Below are positions 1 through 10,800 of a stretch of 20,000 nucleotides of DNA, in pieces. Made by a program: the position numbers and the translations under genes. Each line of letters starts with the position of its first letter. Positions within the stretch are counted from its first letter, which is position 1. This DNA comes from Gordius albopunctatus (taxonomy: Eukaryota): NCBI GenBank assembly GCA_964276515.1, contig OZ193909.1, positions 21,504,453 through 21,524,452 on the forward strand, in the 5' to 3' direction. The notes under the pieces were generated by a model that worked only from the letters and a program-made list of their open reading frames with translations, was not told the DNA's origin and did not search any database.

Positions 1-770
1 TTCGCCGACGTATACTTTAGCCTTTCCTATACAATTCGAGGTTCATGTACCTTTCTTCTTTCGGGAAATACTCTTCTGTCAAGATCCATAACAAGGGGAC
101 GATGTTTCCTGGCGATTTCTTCTCCCGGTATTACTTTTCAATCTTTGATACTCCATAAGTCCTTTCGCCGTATAAGCAAATAATCGATTTGACTAAAATG
201 CTTCCCACTTCTATAGGTCACAATATGATCTTCGCGCTTTTGAAAATAGGTGTTAACGATCGCACTGTCATATGCTTGGGATACTTGGATAAGTTTTTCC
301 CCTTCTTTGTTTCTTCAGGCCATACCCATAGCCTCAATGATTCATACCCGAGGCGATTCCCTACGTGAGCGTTGAAATCCGTCCCAATAATTAGCCTTTC
401 TTTCTGTCCTAGTTCTTGTATTTACCTTTCTAATGAATCGGAACGGAGAATATGTCTTTCCCTGATTCCATGCACGCAATTGGGGAGCATATGCGCACAA
501 AACCGTTAAGCGGCCCCCTTGATCTGCTATTTTCACCCACTTAACCTGTCTGAACAACGCTTGACTTCCACCACCTTTTCCTTGAATGAGTCGCTTAGAA
601 CAAAACCGACCCCGTTTCTACGATTTGGGCACCAAGTTTAGTATTGTTTGTATACTTCTCCTAACTCCCGAGCTTTGGTTCCGTTCCACCTCCTCTCTTG
701 TAAGCAGGAGATGTGTACCTTTCTTCTTTAGAATGTGATGCCTTTTTCCGTCAACGTTTGTTGCGGCCGT
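1..770 (-). mobile_element. Decayed RTE-clade LINE fragment (AP endonuclease region), running off the left edge
   Basis: Manual minus-strand translation across frameshifts gives HISCLQERRW, RRNGVGFVLS, LTVLCAYAPQ, IVNTYFQKREDHIVTYRSG, SQIDYLL and KVIPGEEIARKHRPLVMDL, all typical of RTE/BovB-type APE domains. Confidence 0.85.
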
Positions 771-891
771 CTTCACTTTAAATACTAGTATAATATTGTA
801 TTAAGCCAGGGAATAATTTAAAGCAGCAACATTTTTTATTTAATCAAAAAATTGAATGTGTAATGGATTTGGAACACGAATAAAAACAGAA

Positions 892-1424
892 TTAATTTGT
901 TTTATAACCACAAGTAATTATTAGTAAACGAAGAAAAATCGCAGAAGATAAAATCGTACGCAGAAGATAAATATACGCAGAAGATAAATTCATACGCAGA
1001 AGATAAATATCGTTATTCAAAATAGTAAAATAAAGGATATTAATAAGTGACCATGTAAAATTCAAATATGGAATTTGAATATAGGGGTACCATACATTCC
1101 TACATTCCAGCATCTTATTCGCATTTTTTCCACAATAAATTTCCTTAACCACTTTCGTGAGTTGGGCAGTAACCTTAGTGTATTTTTCACATTGCACGGG
1201 CGGGGTATGCTGTGCACTTCGTTTAGGACGCCCTAGCTTTCTGTTGAAAAATTTCGCTATCATTATTTTGAAGTGATTTTTATAGCCGGTTTTAACCTGT
1301 CGCCTACCTTCCACTCTTTGCACAGACTTGGGACCGTCGCAATGCTGGAAAAACTTAATATTGATTAAATCATTGTTTATAAAGTATACATCAAAAATTT
1401 TATAAACATGAAAAAACACACCAT
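892..1424 (-). CDS. Possible divergent spliced gene: ATG-only first coding exon plus an in-frame basic exon; function unknown
   Basis: Minus strand shows AAAAA-ATG|GTGTGT (ATG 1424-1422) and a 77-nt intron ending TTTTTCCAG (1345). Exon 2 starts at 1344 in frame with the 175-aa ORF and includes KLGRPKR (AT-hook-like). The 3' end is uncertain. Confidence 0.3.
940..1010 (+). repeat. Short tandem repeat: 4 copies of CGCAGAAGATAAA with a 17-19 bp period
   Basis: Copies start at 940, 959, 976 and 995; a degenerate copy lies near 929. Confidence 0.85.
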
Positions 1425-1529
1425 TTTTTACATTTAATTACAAAATAAACATTAATTTAGTAGTTTGCCGAACGTAACCTTCCGAGCCTACTTATAGTTA
1501 GGCCTGGTCCGAGCCCGTTTGGTTAACTT

Positions 1530-1553
1530 AAAGCCCGCCCAATTCCGCCCCCT
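1530..1553. promoter_or_regulatory. Candidate promoter: two GC boxes flanking CCAAT
   Basis: GCCCGCCCAATTCCGCCCC sits in a GC-rich patch within AT-rich DNA, between the putative divergent gene and the first recognisable exon of the + strand gene. Confidence 0.35.
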
Positions 1554-1723
1554 AATTTGTTTAACAACCATGTCCCGCATTCTATAGACCATTCGCGGAC
1601 TGTAATTTTATCTTTTTACCTTTGCATATTCTAACTATGTTTGCTTTAATAAAGCTTGCTATGTCTTGATTATTTAAATATGCGAATACTGTATGAACAT
1701 TTAATTATAAAGCTCACTTAAAG

Positions 1724-1858
1724 GAAACCTTGAAACATGGCGAACACCATATGCTCCTGATCCCTTAGTAAATATATCCAAAAACGACTACACCAAATCC
1801 AATTTAACCTGTACTTGTGCTAGCCAATACGAGTATAGAGCGGAAAGTTGTGTATATG
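1724..1858 (+). CDS. Exon with a partial Cys module (...NLTCTCASQYEYRAESCVY)
   Basis: CxC...C ending like the other modules; phase-1 donor G|GTAATT at 1859. The acceptor position is uncertain. Confidence 0.55.
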
Positions 1859-4800
1859 GTAATTAATAATTTACTATTCAAAATAAATATGCAATACTTG
1901 AAGCAACCAATCCTTAATAAATAATCATATCTACCAAACTTAATAAAATTATATGATTATGCCCCTCACCTAATTTATAACTGGCTACGTTCTTAATTTA
2001 GGATAAAATTGATATCATACATTCTCTACAAAAAATACTAAAGATTTTAAATAAATGAAATAATAAAAATTTCCAATAGCTGTTTGTCACTCTAAGGTGG
2101 TCAGCTTCTTTAGATATTTGGATGAGGGGTGATGCTCGACTATCCAGGCCTGACAGACGGGATGACGGTGTGATTTTTTATCTTTTGAAATAAGCTCCAG
2201 AGGCGGGATTGAACCTGCGAGCTCCTGCTTCAAAGACTAAACCTTTAACAATAGCCTAGCAAAATTAATTATTTCATGGCTATCGCTAAATTTTTAAAAT
2301 TATTTTTTTACTATGCATCCAAAGTTTCTTTATTATATTAGAAAATTATCGTTTTTATAAAAAGTTAAATTATTTTTAGACCCCAATGCTACACATGCAA
2401 CGAGTATTTTTACTTATACAGCACACTTTTGGATGCAATAGTTTTTGATATCTCTTTCAGTATATTGCCTCTCTCCCCCTTAATTAATTTAACGAGTGAA
2501 ATCCATTTTAAAAGACGAATAGTGCTCAAAAAATCTTGTAAAATACAAAAAACTATAACCTAATAAGAAGAGACCGGAAGTGCAGATTTCAAAAATGTGC
2601 TTAAGTAACGCTTTACAGCTAGAGTCACGAGCCTGCTATGTTAGGCGTTGAGGATGTAAATATGGTCAAAATATCATGTTAAGATACACACAATTATGTT
2701 GTAGCCATGACTATATTTACTGACAGCTCTAATAGACACAAATCTTTTATCAACGATACAGCTTAAGTATTTAACAGAGGTTTGTTATTTCTGGAAAATG
2801 CCCACCATATAATCTGGTGTAAGTCTAGGCTCTTCATAAGATGTAGGTATGTTCTCTTTTTGCTATAAAATTGGTAAATTAATAGGAAAGTTAATATTAA
2901 TAGTCCTCATCGATACATGGTTGCTAATTGCGGATGATACTTGATGCTCTCAAGTTATAACACATTTATGTTTTATTTTAGCCCTATAATAAAAATATTC
3001 TTAGTTTAATTTTGCATTAGACTTTTTTATACGCCAACCTGTACAATATCTATATCTTACAATAGCCTTAATGGGTTAATTAATTTCCCTAGCTTCGCTA
3101 CACCCATTGAAACACAAATGTGGGTCTCTTTCCGCTCAAAAGTGCTTTTACCGCAGCGATTGCAACTGGGAGTATAAAGCTTGTTTTTGCTATAAAGACT
3201 ATGCCCTAGATTTCCAAAATCAAGACTGCAAACCTTGTAAGTAATTTAATTAAAATCCTTGAAAAAACTTTGAGTATAATGACTGTTATAGCGCTCAATG
3301 ACCTGGCTGAAATACATCAGTTGTTGTCTTCAAAAGGAGGAAAAGTTCACACGTAATTTAACATATGGCATGATCAGTCTATCTAGTCTATGCTTATAAT
3401 ATAAGATTGTTTAATTAGCATGATGTATTTTTTGTGGTCACGATGCGCCAAAGGTAATAAAAGTACAAATATTTCTTTTTTTGATCTTTTAATTCAAATT
3501 GTTTTATCAAAGGTAATATAAGTTTGCTTCAAATTTGAATTTGTTGAAGCTGTTTATCCATAAAAGTGACATTTTAGTCATTTTGCTCATAATTTTATAA
3601 CAATTTTTTAATGGCAGGTCTTAACAGTCATTACACCTAAATTTTATGATTAATGCATATGAATTCTGAAACTTTATTTAATTTGGCGTCATAAATTGAT
3701 GTCGAAATGCTATATTTATTTAAAATATTGCATGATTTTAGTTGCTTATTTAAAAGCACATGATATTTTGAAATATTTAATGTGATACACATATTTACTC
3801 GGTCTTTTTTAACTTGGTCACATGGACTGAATTTATTACGAAACCATAAACAAACTTTTTAATAATCTTAGAGGGTCGGCTGAAAAGTCCACGTAAATTT
3901 ATCCGTGTTAAAAGAAATATTTAAAATGAATTCAAAAAAAGTGTTTATTATTGTGTAAAACATCTATAAATAAAAAGTCAATTCTGCCCAACTGGTCATC
4001 ATTGAAGAAACTTTCTCGTGAAGGGGGGTCCGCTGGATTGTGCTCCGTGCTGACCCACTCCAGATTCTGTTTGATACGCAGCATGTGGTCCAAGCCCATA
4101 GTATTGCAGATCTTAGTGAAAGCAAGTTCCAGGTGAGGAGCATGCGCAGATCCCTTTTTTACAATATAGAAGGCGGTCCTGGAGTCCGTAAGTATCTTTG
4201 GGGTGATGTGTGGAGTGTTGACCAGTGCCCAGATGTAAGCAAGGGGGATGGCTATCAGCTCCAGGAGGTTAATTGTCGTAATGAGGCTGTGGTAGCCAAA
4301 GATGGCTAACGCGTCCCCTTTGTCAATCGAGAGGATGGAACCTCTATAGAAAAGGCCAATGTGGGACGTGGAAGCGTCGCCGGCTGTGAAGCCATTTGGA
4401 GAGTGTTTCATGGAGAAAGGGGTTGAGAGGTGGTTCTGTATTATGAGGATCTTCCTTGTGAGCCATGTTTTGTCAAAGTCGATGGGGTCATTGGCAAGGA
4501 AGATATTGTAGGCTGGGGATAAATATTTTGACCATCCTGTCAACATGTATACGAGTGGGTCAAGATAGCCAGACATGTTTGTGTGACCAAAGGATTAGGT
4601 CTTGTACCTGTGTCCATGAAGTGGTTGATGATCTGTATAGCTGCGTCTATCTTGGAGACAAACTTAGCGTTTACTTTCAATGTGTGGTTTTCCAGATTAA
4701 CATGGATACCCAAGTAATCCAGAATCTTCTTGGGTTCTAGGGACGACTTGTTCCGGTTGATGGTCAGGTTCTAACATTTCGCCATGTATAGGAACCTACG

Positions 4801-7800
4801 CGTGTCTGCTTTGACCAAAGTCTCCGAACGTCCGTAGATTAGAATGTCGTCTAAATAGACGTTGTATTTTGATTTTGTGACTGATTTCTTACAAAGATCC
4901 AACATAATCTGTTGTAGGACGTAGGGCGAGAAACTAGCCCCCATCGGGAGCACTTTGTAAGAATATTTTTGCCTTCTGTATCGGAATCCGAAGAATTTCG
5001 ATGATTCCGCGGCCAATGGAATAGAGAAAAAGGCTGATTTCATATCGATTTTAGTCATGAAGAGGGAATCCGATAACGAAGAAGCGATGAGGGGGATTGA
5101 TTTAATAGTAAAGGGATATTTGATAAAATTCTTGGAGACTTGCGATAAATCCGCTATGAGCCTGGGGGATCCGTCACTCTTTGGAATAAAATACATTGGA
5201 GATGGGATGCCCAGCGGATTTCTTCTAACTAGGTTGCTGAGGATGACCTCGTCCACCAAGGGTTTGTGTTCTCTGGGGATCGCTTTAACATAGCGTGGCA
5301 AATGATAACGCCCATTATTGGCCACGATCGCGGTCCTGGAGAGGCGAGGTTTAAACCCTCTTTTGGCTACGTTGTAGGTAAACTTGGATTGCATGTAGTG
5401 AGGTTTCAGGAGCGAAGTGCGAATAGATAGAGGATGTGTGAAATTTGCGAAGGATGATAAGGGGTGGGAGGGGAATGATGGGATATTAGACGGTTCGCTA
5501 ATGATAGGTGGTTTTGGATGTGCCCCGGCACACTTGTACGTTCCGGTATCGGGGCGTTGGGAGGATGAATCGGTTCCTCCAACTCCGGGCCATCGTCGGG
5601 GTTAACACCACTGCCGAGGGTCGCCGATACCATCCTTACGTGACTACGTTCGCTCCGTCCTAGACGGAGCCGGCCCTTTTTGGTAAGTGCCCTTCTTCCT
5701 CGGAGCATTGTATTTAGGAGGCGGACGAAAAAGCTGCACCAGTTCGGTGTACTGACCCATGCCCATTTTTTCCGCCCAGTCCTTTGATTTACCCGTCACG
5801 GCTTGCCAGCCATAATACGATGCCATAGCGATCGTAGGAACCCGATCGGACAGTTTGTCGATCGTCTTGTCGTAATCGTTGATGGAATCTCCTAAGCTGA
5901 GTAGAAACTCAGCTTCGTGTTTTTGGTGGGCCGGCATGGAATAGTTAGTTTCGATTGCTTCCTTAAGCCCTTTAAGGCGTAGCTTTAAAATCTCCCCATT
6001 CGAGCTAGGGACGTTTGCTACCTTTGCCCTTTCTGTCGCTAGTAGAGCCTCCAGTTCAGCACGGGTCATCGTGACCGATTCTGAAGGTAGGGCAGGAGCC
6101 CAATGTGGCCGATCTTCCACATTGACCGTTTCTCCACTGCCACTCAACAGCCTGCTTTCGATTTTTGCGTCCATTTCGGCTAGCCTGCTCAAGATAAGCT
6201 TGATAGCTGGGTCTGAGACTGTGGCGTTACCTCCAGGGTTGGCGACTATCGAGTCCTTATTAGGGGAAGCCATGTTGGTTGAGCTGTTGAGTTGTGTAGT
6301 AGATTTCGAGAAGAAATTACTTAATGGAATATCGTCTACACTTTTGGAAGGGACTTTTCTGGGCATAAAGAATTTCGGGAAAAGGGGGGTAAAAAATTTT
6401 ATATCAGCGAGCGACAGAGGTTCCGACTGAGTGAGATAAACGATAAAGTGTGTAGAAAATAGGTTGTGAATTATAGTAAATTTCTTAGGAAGATCTACGG
6501 TATGAAGAATTCTCCAAATTTCAAAATCGAAGGACATCCGTAACTTAAAATGATGTAGTTGGTGTATTGAAATAGCCTGATAAAATCATTAATGAAAGCT
6601 GTGCGGCGTATGCTATTGAAAGCATTGTTAAAATCTAGTTTGAAGGAGGTGTTCCACGGCTAAGCTTGCGGCATGGGTAGCCATCTCGCATCCTCCTTTG
6701 ACCCCAAAGCCTAGTTGATACGGAATTAAAGTAGGGGTCAATATGGGTTTGATCGCCGAACGAATTAATTTAGAAATAATTCTTTGAAAGACACCGCCGA
6801 TAGCGATAGGCCTGGCTGAATTGTCGGCCTACCTTATAGCTAAAAGCTTAGCTCCAAAGACTATGGGCGTTATTTCTTTAGGTATACACCCATTGACTAA
6901 GAGGTTACAAAATTTGGTGAGTAAGTCTAGTAAAATGGAGGAGTTATTATTATAAATTCTTATAAGATCTTTTAAAAAATGGTTATATGCCGTCGAGACT
7001 AACTGCAGAATCCATAAAAGAATATGATGGTATCTCAAATGTCTGATGACTTAAAAGCAATATCTGAAGGTTGCGAGGGCGATAGGTAAGTAGATAGACC
7101 CTGGAGATGCTTGAGATCAATTTCTTCATATAATTTTTGTGAAGGACTCAAAAATGAATTGTCTTCTTTAAGGTATCTCATAGCACTTTTTATGTTGAAT
7201 GAATAATTTTTTAGAGATTATATTCCCTTTTTGTTTGGGGGTTAATATTTGGGATTCCTTTCTATCCATGTTATATGCTGGAGGGCTGTTTTGACTGTCA
7301 AAATTTAAAACTGATTGTTTAATATTATAAGTAATATTTGCTTCCTTGTCTTGAGGAATAGATAAAATATAAAAAGAGAATTTAAATAATTTCTTCCAAT
7401 AGGACAGGTTTAGAGGGAGAGAAATAATATTGTTAAGTAAGTTTATTAAATACTGTTGCATGCACGCCCGGGCCCCCCTGGTCGGTGGGAATGCTTGAGA
7501 TAAAAATAACTTGGTCACATGGAATTTGCGAAACGAGCTAACTCAGAACTTAATAATATTAATTGTTTCCATAATAAAACTTTTTAATAATCTTAGAGGG
7601 TCGGCTGAAAAATGAACGTAAATTTATTATAAGAATCAAGTGCTTGGCCTAATCGGGTAACTGTAGTAAATTCTAATTTTCTGGCGGGCTCCCGAGCCTA
7701 TTTATACAATGTATTATTTTGTTTTCGCATATTAATTTGTGACTTTTTTATTTGGTTGTATAATGTTTATTAAACCTAGACACGAATTTTGAAAAAAAAA

Positions 7801-10800
7801 TATTTTAAGATACATTTTACCACCTTCCTGATTCAAATCCTAGTTATGTCTATAAAAAGGAATTAAATATTCTTTTAGACTTTTAATTGCTTGAATATAT
7901 TTAGTTATTTTACATGAAATGCCATTAGTTAATGTCTAGTTTTTAATAGTTATTAAATTTCAGATCATATAAATTCGCCAATAACAGGAAAATATATTAT
8001 TTCGAGCCAGGCAGTTAGAGCATCTCAAATAATTTGTCGGGCATGACTAAGTCATTTACAACTTTGATGGGTGCCGGTGGGCAATAATTAAACCAAGTCT
8101 TATCTCTTATTCACTTCATCGCCCTGGCATCCTTATATTTATCTATTATATGCAAAGCTAACAAATTATCGTTAATTTGTTGTAACTTATATATGCGTTT
8201 GATATACACGTCTTACTCATTTGCTATTATTGTATCGCTTCGAAACCTGAAGTCAATAAAGATTTCCCCTGGCATAACAAAAACTTATGAATATAAATTT
8301 TCATTTGTTTCGTTACTATAAGGCTCTACAATTATAATTAATTAAGTAATGATGTTATATCATATTTATATCAGAGACCAGATTTGCCCGGCCCACTGCC
8401 TGAACCTCCCCGCCCGGCCCATGGGCTTGGCCGGGCCGGGAAACTGTCGTAATTTTAACTTTCGGGCGGCCCCGGGCGGGCACTATAACAAGATTTAAGC
8501 CATTCGGGGTCAATTTTGTTTTTAAAATAATGTATTATATTGTTATTGTGTATATTTTGACACTTTTTAATTTGTTTTCATAATGTTTGTTAATCCTAGT
8601 TCTCATTAAAAAAATCATAAATTATGATAAAATTTTTAAAATGATATTAGTGCTAAAAATCTTAAAACACACCATTTCGGGTCTGGGAGTTTGGGCAGCT
8701 CTGAATAATTCGGGCATTGCCGGGCGGACACATAGAAGGGTTTGGGCGGGCAAATTAATTATAAAATCGGGCCAGACCGGGTTCGGGCAGAAAAATTCTA
8801 ACAAATCTGACCTCTGATTTATATACACTAAACCTGTAATAACAACAAAATGCAACGTATTGATGCATTAAATAATGGAATCTATTAATAATATAGTAAA
8901 AAACTACAACGAAACTTGTGAATATGACTTTGATTGCGATAGCCCTCAAGTATGTTATGGAGGAGTCTGCTCGTGTGGAGATCGATACTACTATATGCAA
9001 GGCGAATGCCGTTTAAGTAATAAACACTTTTTTTATAGTTTTCTTGTAGCAACGTATTAAATCTTATTGATGCTCAACAATATATTGTAAAGCAATTAAC
9101 TTAACTAAGATAATTAATTGTGCTAAAAATTTTATTAAATGAATGATACAATATTTTATGTCAAAACTAAAAGGGTATAGTCTAACCAACCAACAAATGA
9201 AAAAGGATCAATTTTAGTGGCAGGATGCAATAATAATTTGATTCCATTTAATTATATGAGACTTTCATTCAATTCTTCACATTATAAATTTTAAAGTTTA
9301 TTTTAAATAAATATCTATTAAACAAAATTGCATATCAATTAGACCTTAATCTCTGAGAAACACTTTTCTCAGGTTTTAAGCGTTTGATACTAACAATTTT
9401 CTTCTGCTCAACCAATAGGTTAACAAACCATAATAAATTCTCTCATCTCATAAACGCGCTCTTTATTAGGGGAATCATTTGAAGAGCCTTGTGATTACGA
9501 TGAACAATGTCAGTACATTGCATTTAAAAGTAAATGCATAAACTCCAAATGCGTGTGCATCAACAGTACCTTTGATCCGAAACGTGAAGACTGCTTTATA
9601 CGTATGTATATTTATTTTATAAATGTAATTAATAGTCTTAAAATCATAAAGACAATGATGATTTAATATTAGATGGTATAATATTAGGAGGTACATTAAT
9701 GTAAATTGCCAACTAACAAGCATTATATTAAGGAAGAGACGGACATGACCAAACAATATTTATATGAAATAAATAGCATATTACTGGTTTTCATATATAA
9801 CTTTTACTTTCAGTTGACTTTACCTTTGGCACAATTTATAACTTCTAAAAGTTAGGAACCGACAGATCATCTTTATTATTCAAATTGTCGCCACCTTAAT
9901 TGATTAATGCATTTGAAAATCTATAGTACGATTGCTTGTACTGTAATGTATTAAAAAATTTTTCCACGATAAGCATAATTTACTTTTTAATTGTCTACCG
10001 AAAGATGCAAATACGGTTTTATAAAACGTAGGGCTGCAAGCAGGAGACTTTTGCGACACTAAAGTAAGATGTAGTAATTTGGGCTTCGGCTACACTTGCC
10101 TCTACGCCAAGTGTAGCTGTGAGGCGGGTATGTACGAAGAAGCTAAGAAGTGCCAGCTGGGTTAGTACAATCTAATCAAATATTTATGTTTATTTTATAA
10201 ATTCAGGCCAATTGATCAAAAATGATCTATATTCGATTTTGATACTGTATTAAGCTTGATGTGCGAATAATATTTTAGGTCAAATGATCATAATTTTAAA
10301 AATGCCAAGATGCGATGACAACCATATCTCTAATACTTTAAAATGTATTCAAATATTTGCTGTAATACATGAAACAAAGATAAATTTATTTGATTTCGTT
10401 TAGATTAAAAGGTGTATTAGATCAGGTTGCAAATAGTGACTACATAAGTTTGGACTGACATATATTAATTTCGGACTTGATTCGCAAGCCAATGATTTGC
10501 ATTCTAGCATTAAATTTTAATGTTACACATTATTAAGTTAGATAATACAAATTTGAAACCTTTTTAATAAATCTACACTTTAGACCGTTTTTTAATTTCA
10601 CGGTTATTTCTTTATGGGAATCAATCTAAATAAAATTAAAGTGACCTCTATTTCTAGTTGCTAATAATGAGTTGAGATTCAGTAATTATAAATTATGATC
10701 AATTTAAGCCATTTCGAGAGTAATAAATAAGTCGCTAATACCTTGATGGCTATGAAATAGCACACGTTTACAAATAATATGAATATTTTAAATTTATTGT

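Larger units (their letters stand above)
3805..6497 (-). mobile_element. gag-like + RT + RNase H retroelement (DIRS/Ngaro-like or hepadnavirus-related HEART-like) with no visible recombinase or integrase
   Basis: GC-richer block containing ORF1 and a disrupted pol. The 5' boundary is placed where the CRE reading frame breaks off (~6497). The 3' boundary is placed at a minus-strand AATAAA (3837-3832) and A6 run (3810-3805). Confidence 0.8.

Noticed and set aside
940..1010. CRISPR-like repeat-spacer pattern
   Set aside because: The spacers are only 4-6 bp and the context is eukaryotic; this is a minisatellite.
2196..2260. Functional tRNA-Gln(TTG) gene
   Set aside because: The acceptor, D and anticodon stems do not pair, so it is kept only as a SINE or pseudogene.
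3810..3920. Hammerhead ribozyme in the direct repeat (CTGA...CGAAAC)
   Set aside because: The core reads CTGAATT or CTGAAAA rather than CUGANGA, and the required stems were not found in both copies.
3951..6430. + strand ORFs over the retroelement as a possible tyrosine recombinase or envelope gene
   Set aside because: They are short antisense shadows of coding DNA with no R...HxxR...Y motifs and no clear TM envelope pattern.
6367..6537. N-terminal extension of ORF 5644-6537
   Set aside because: The first codons lie in CRE-derived sequence read in another frame, so the extension is probably fortuitous.
8587..8855. ORFs within the MITE
   Set aside because: No transposase motifs; the element is non-autonomous.
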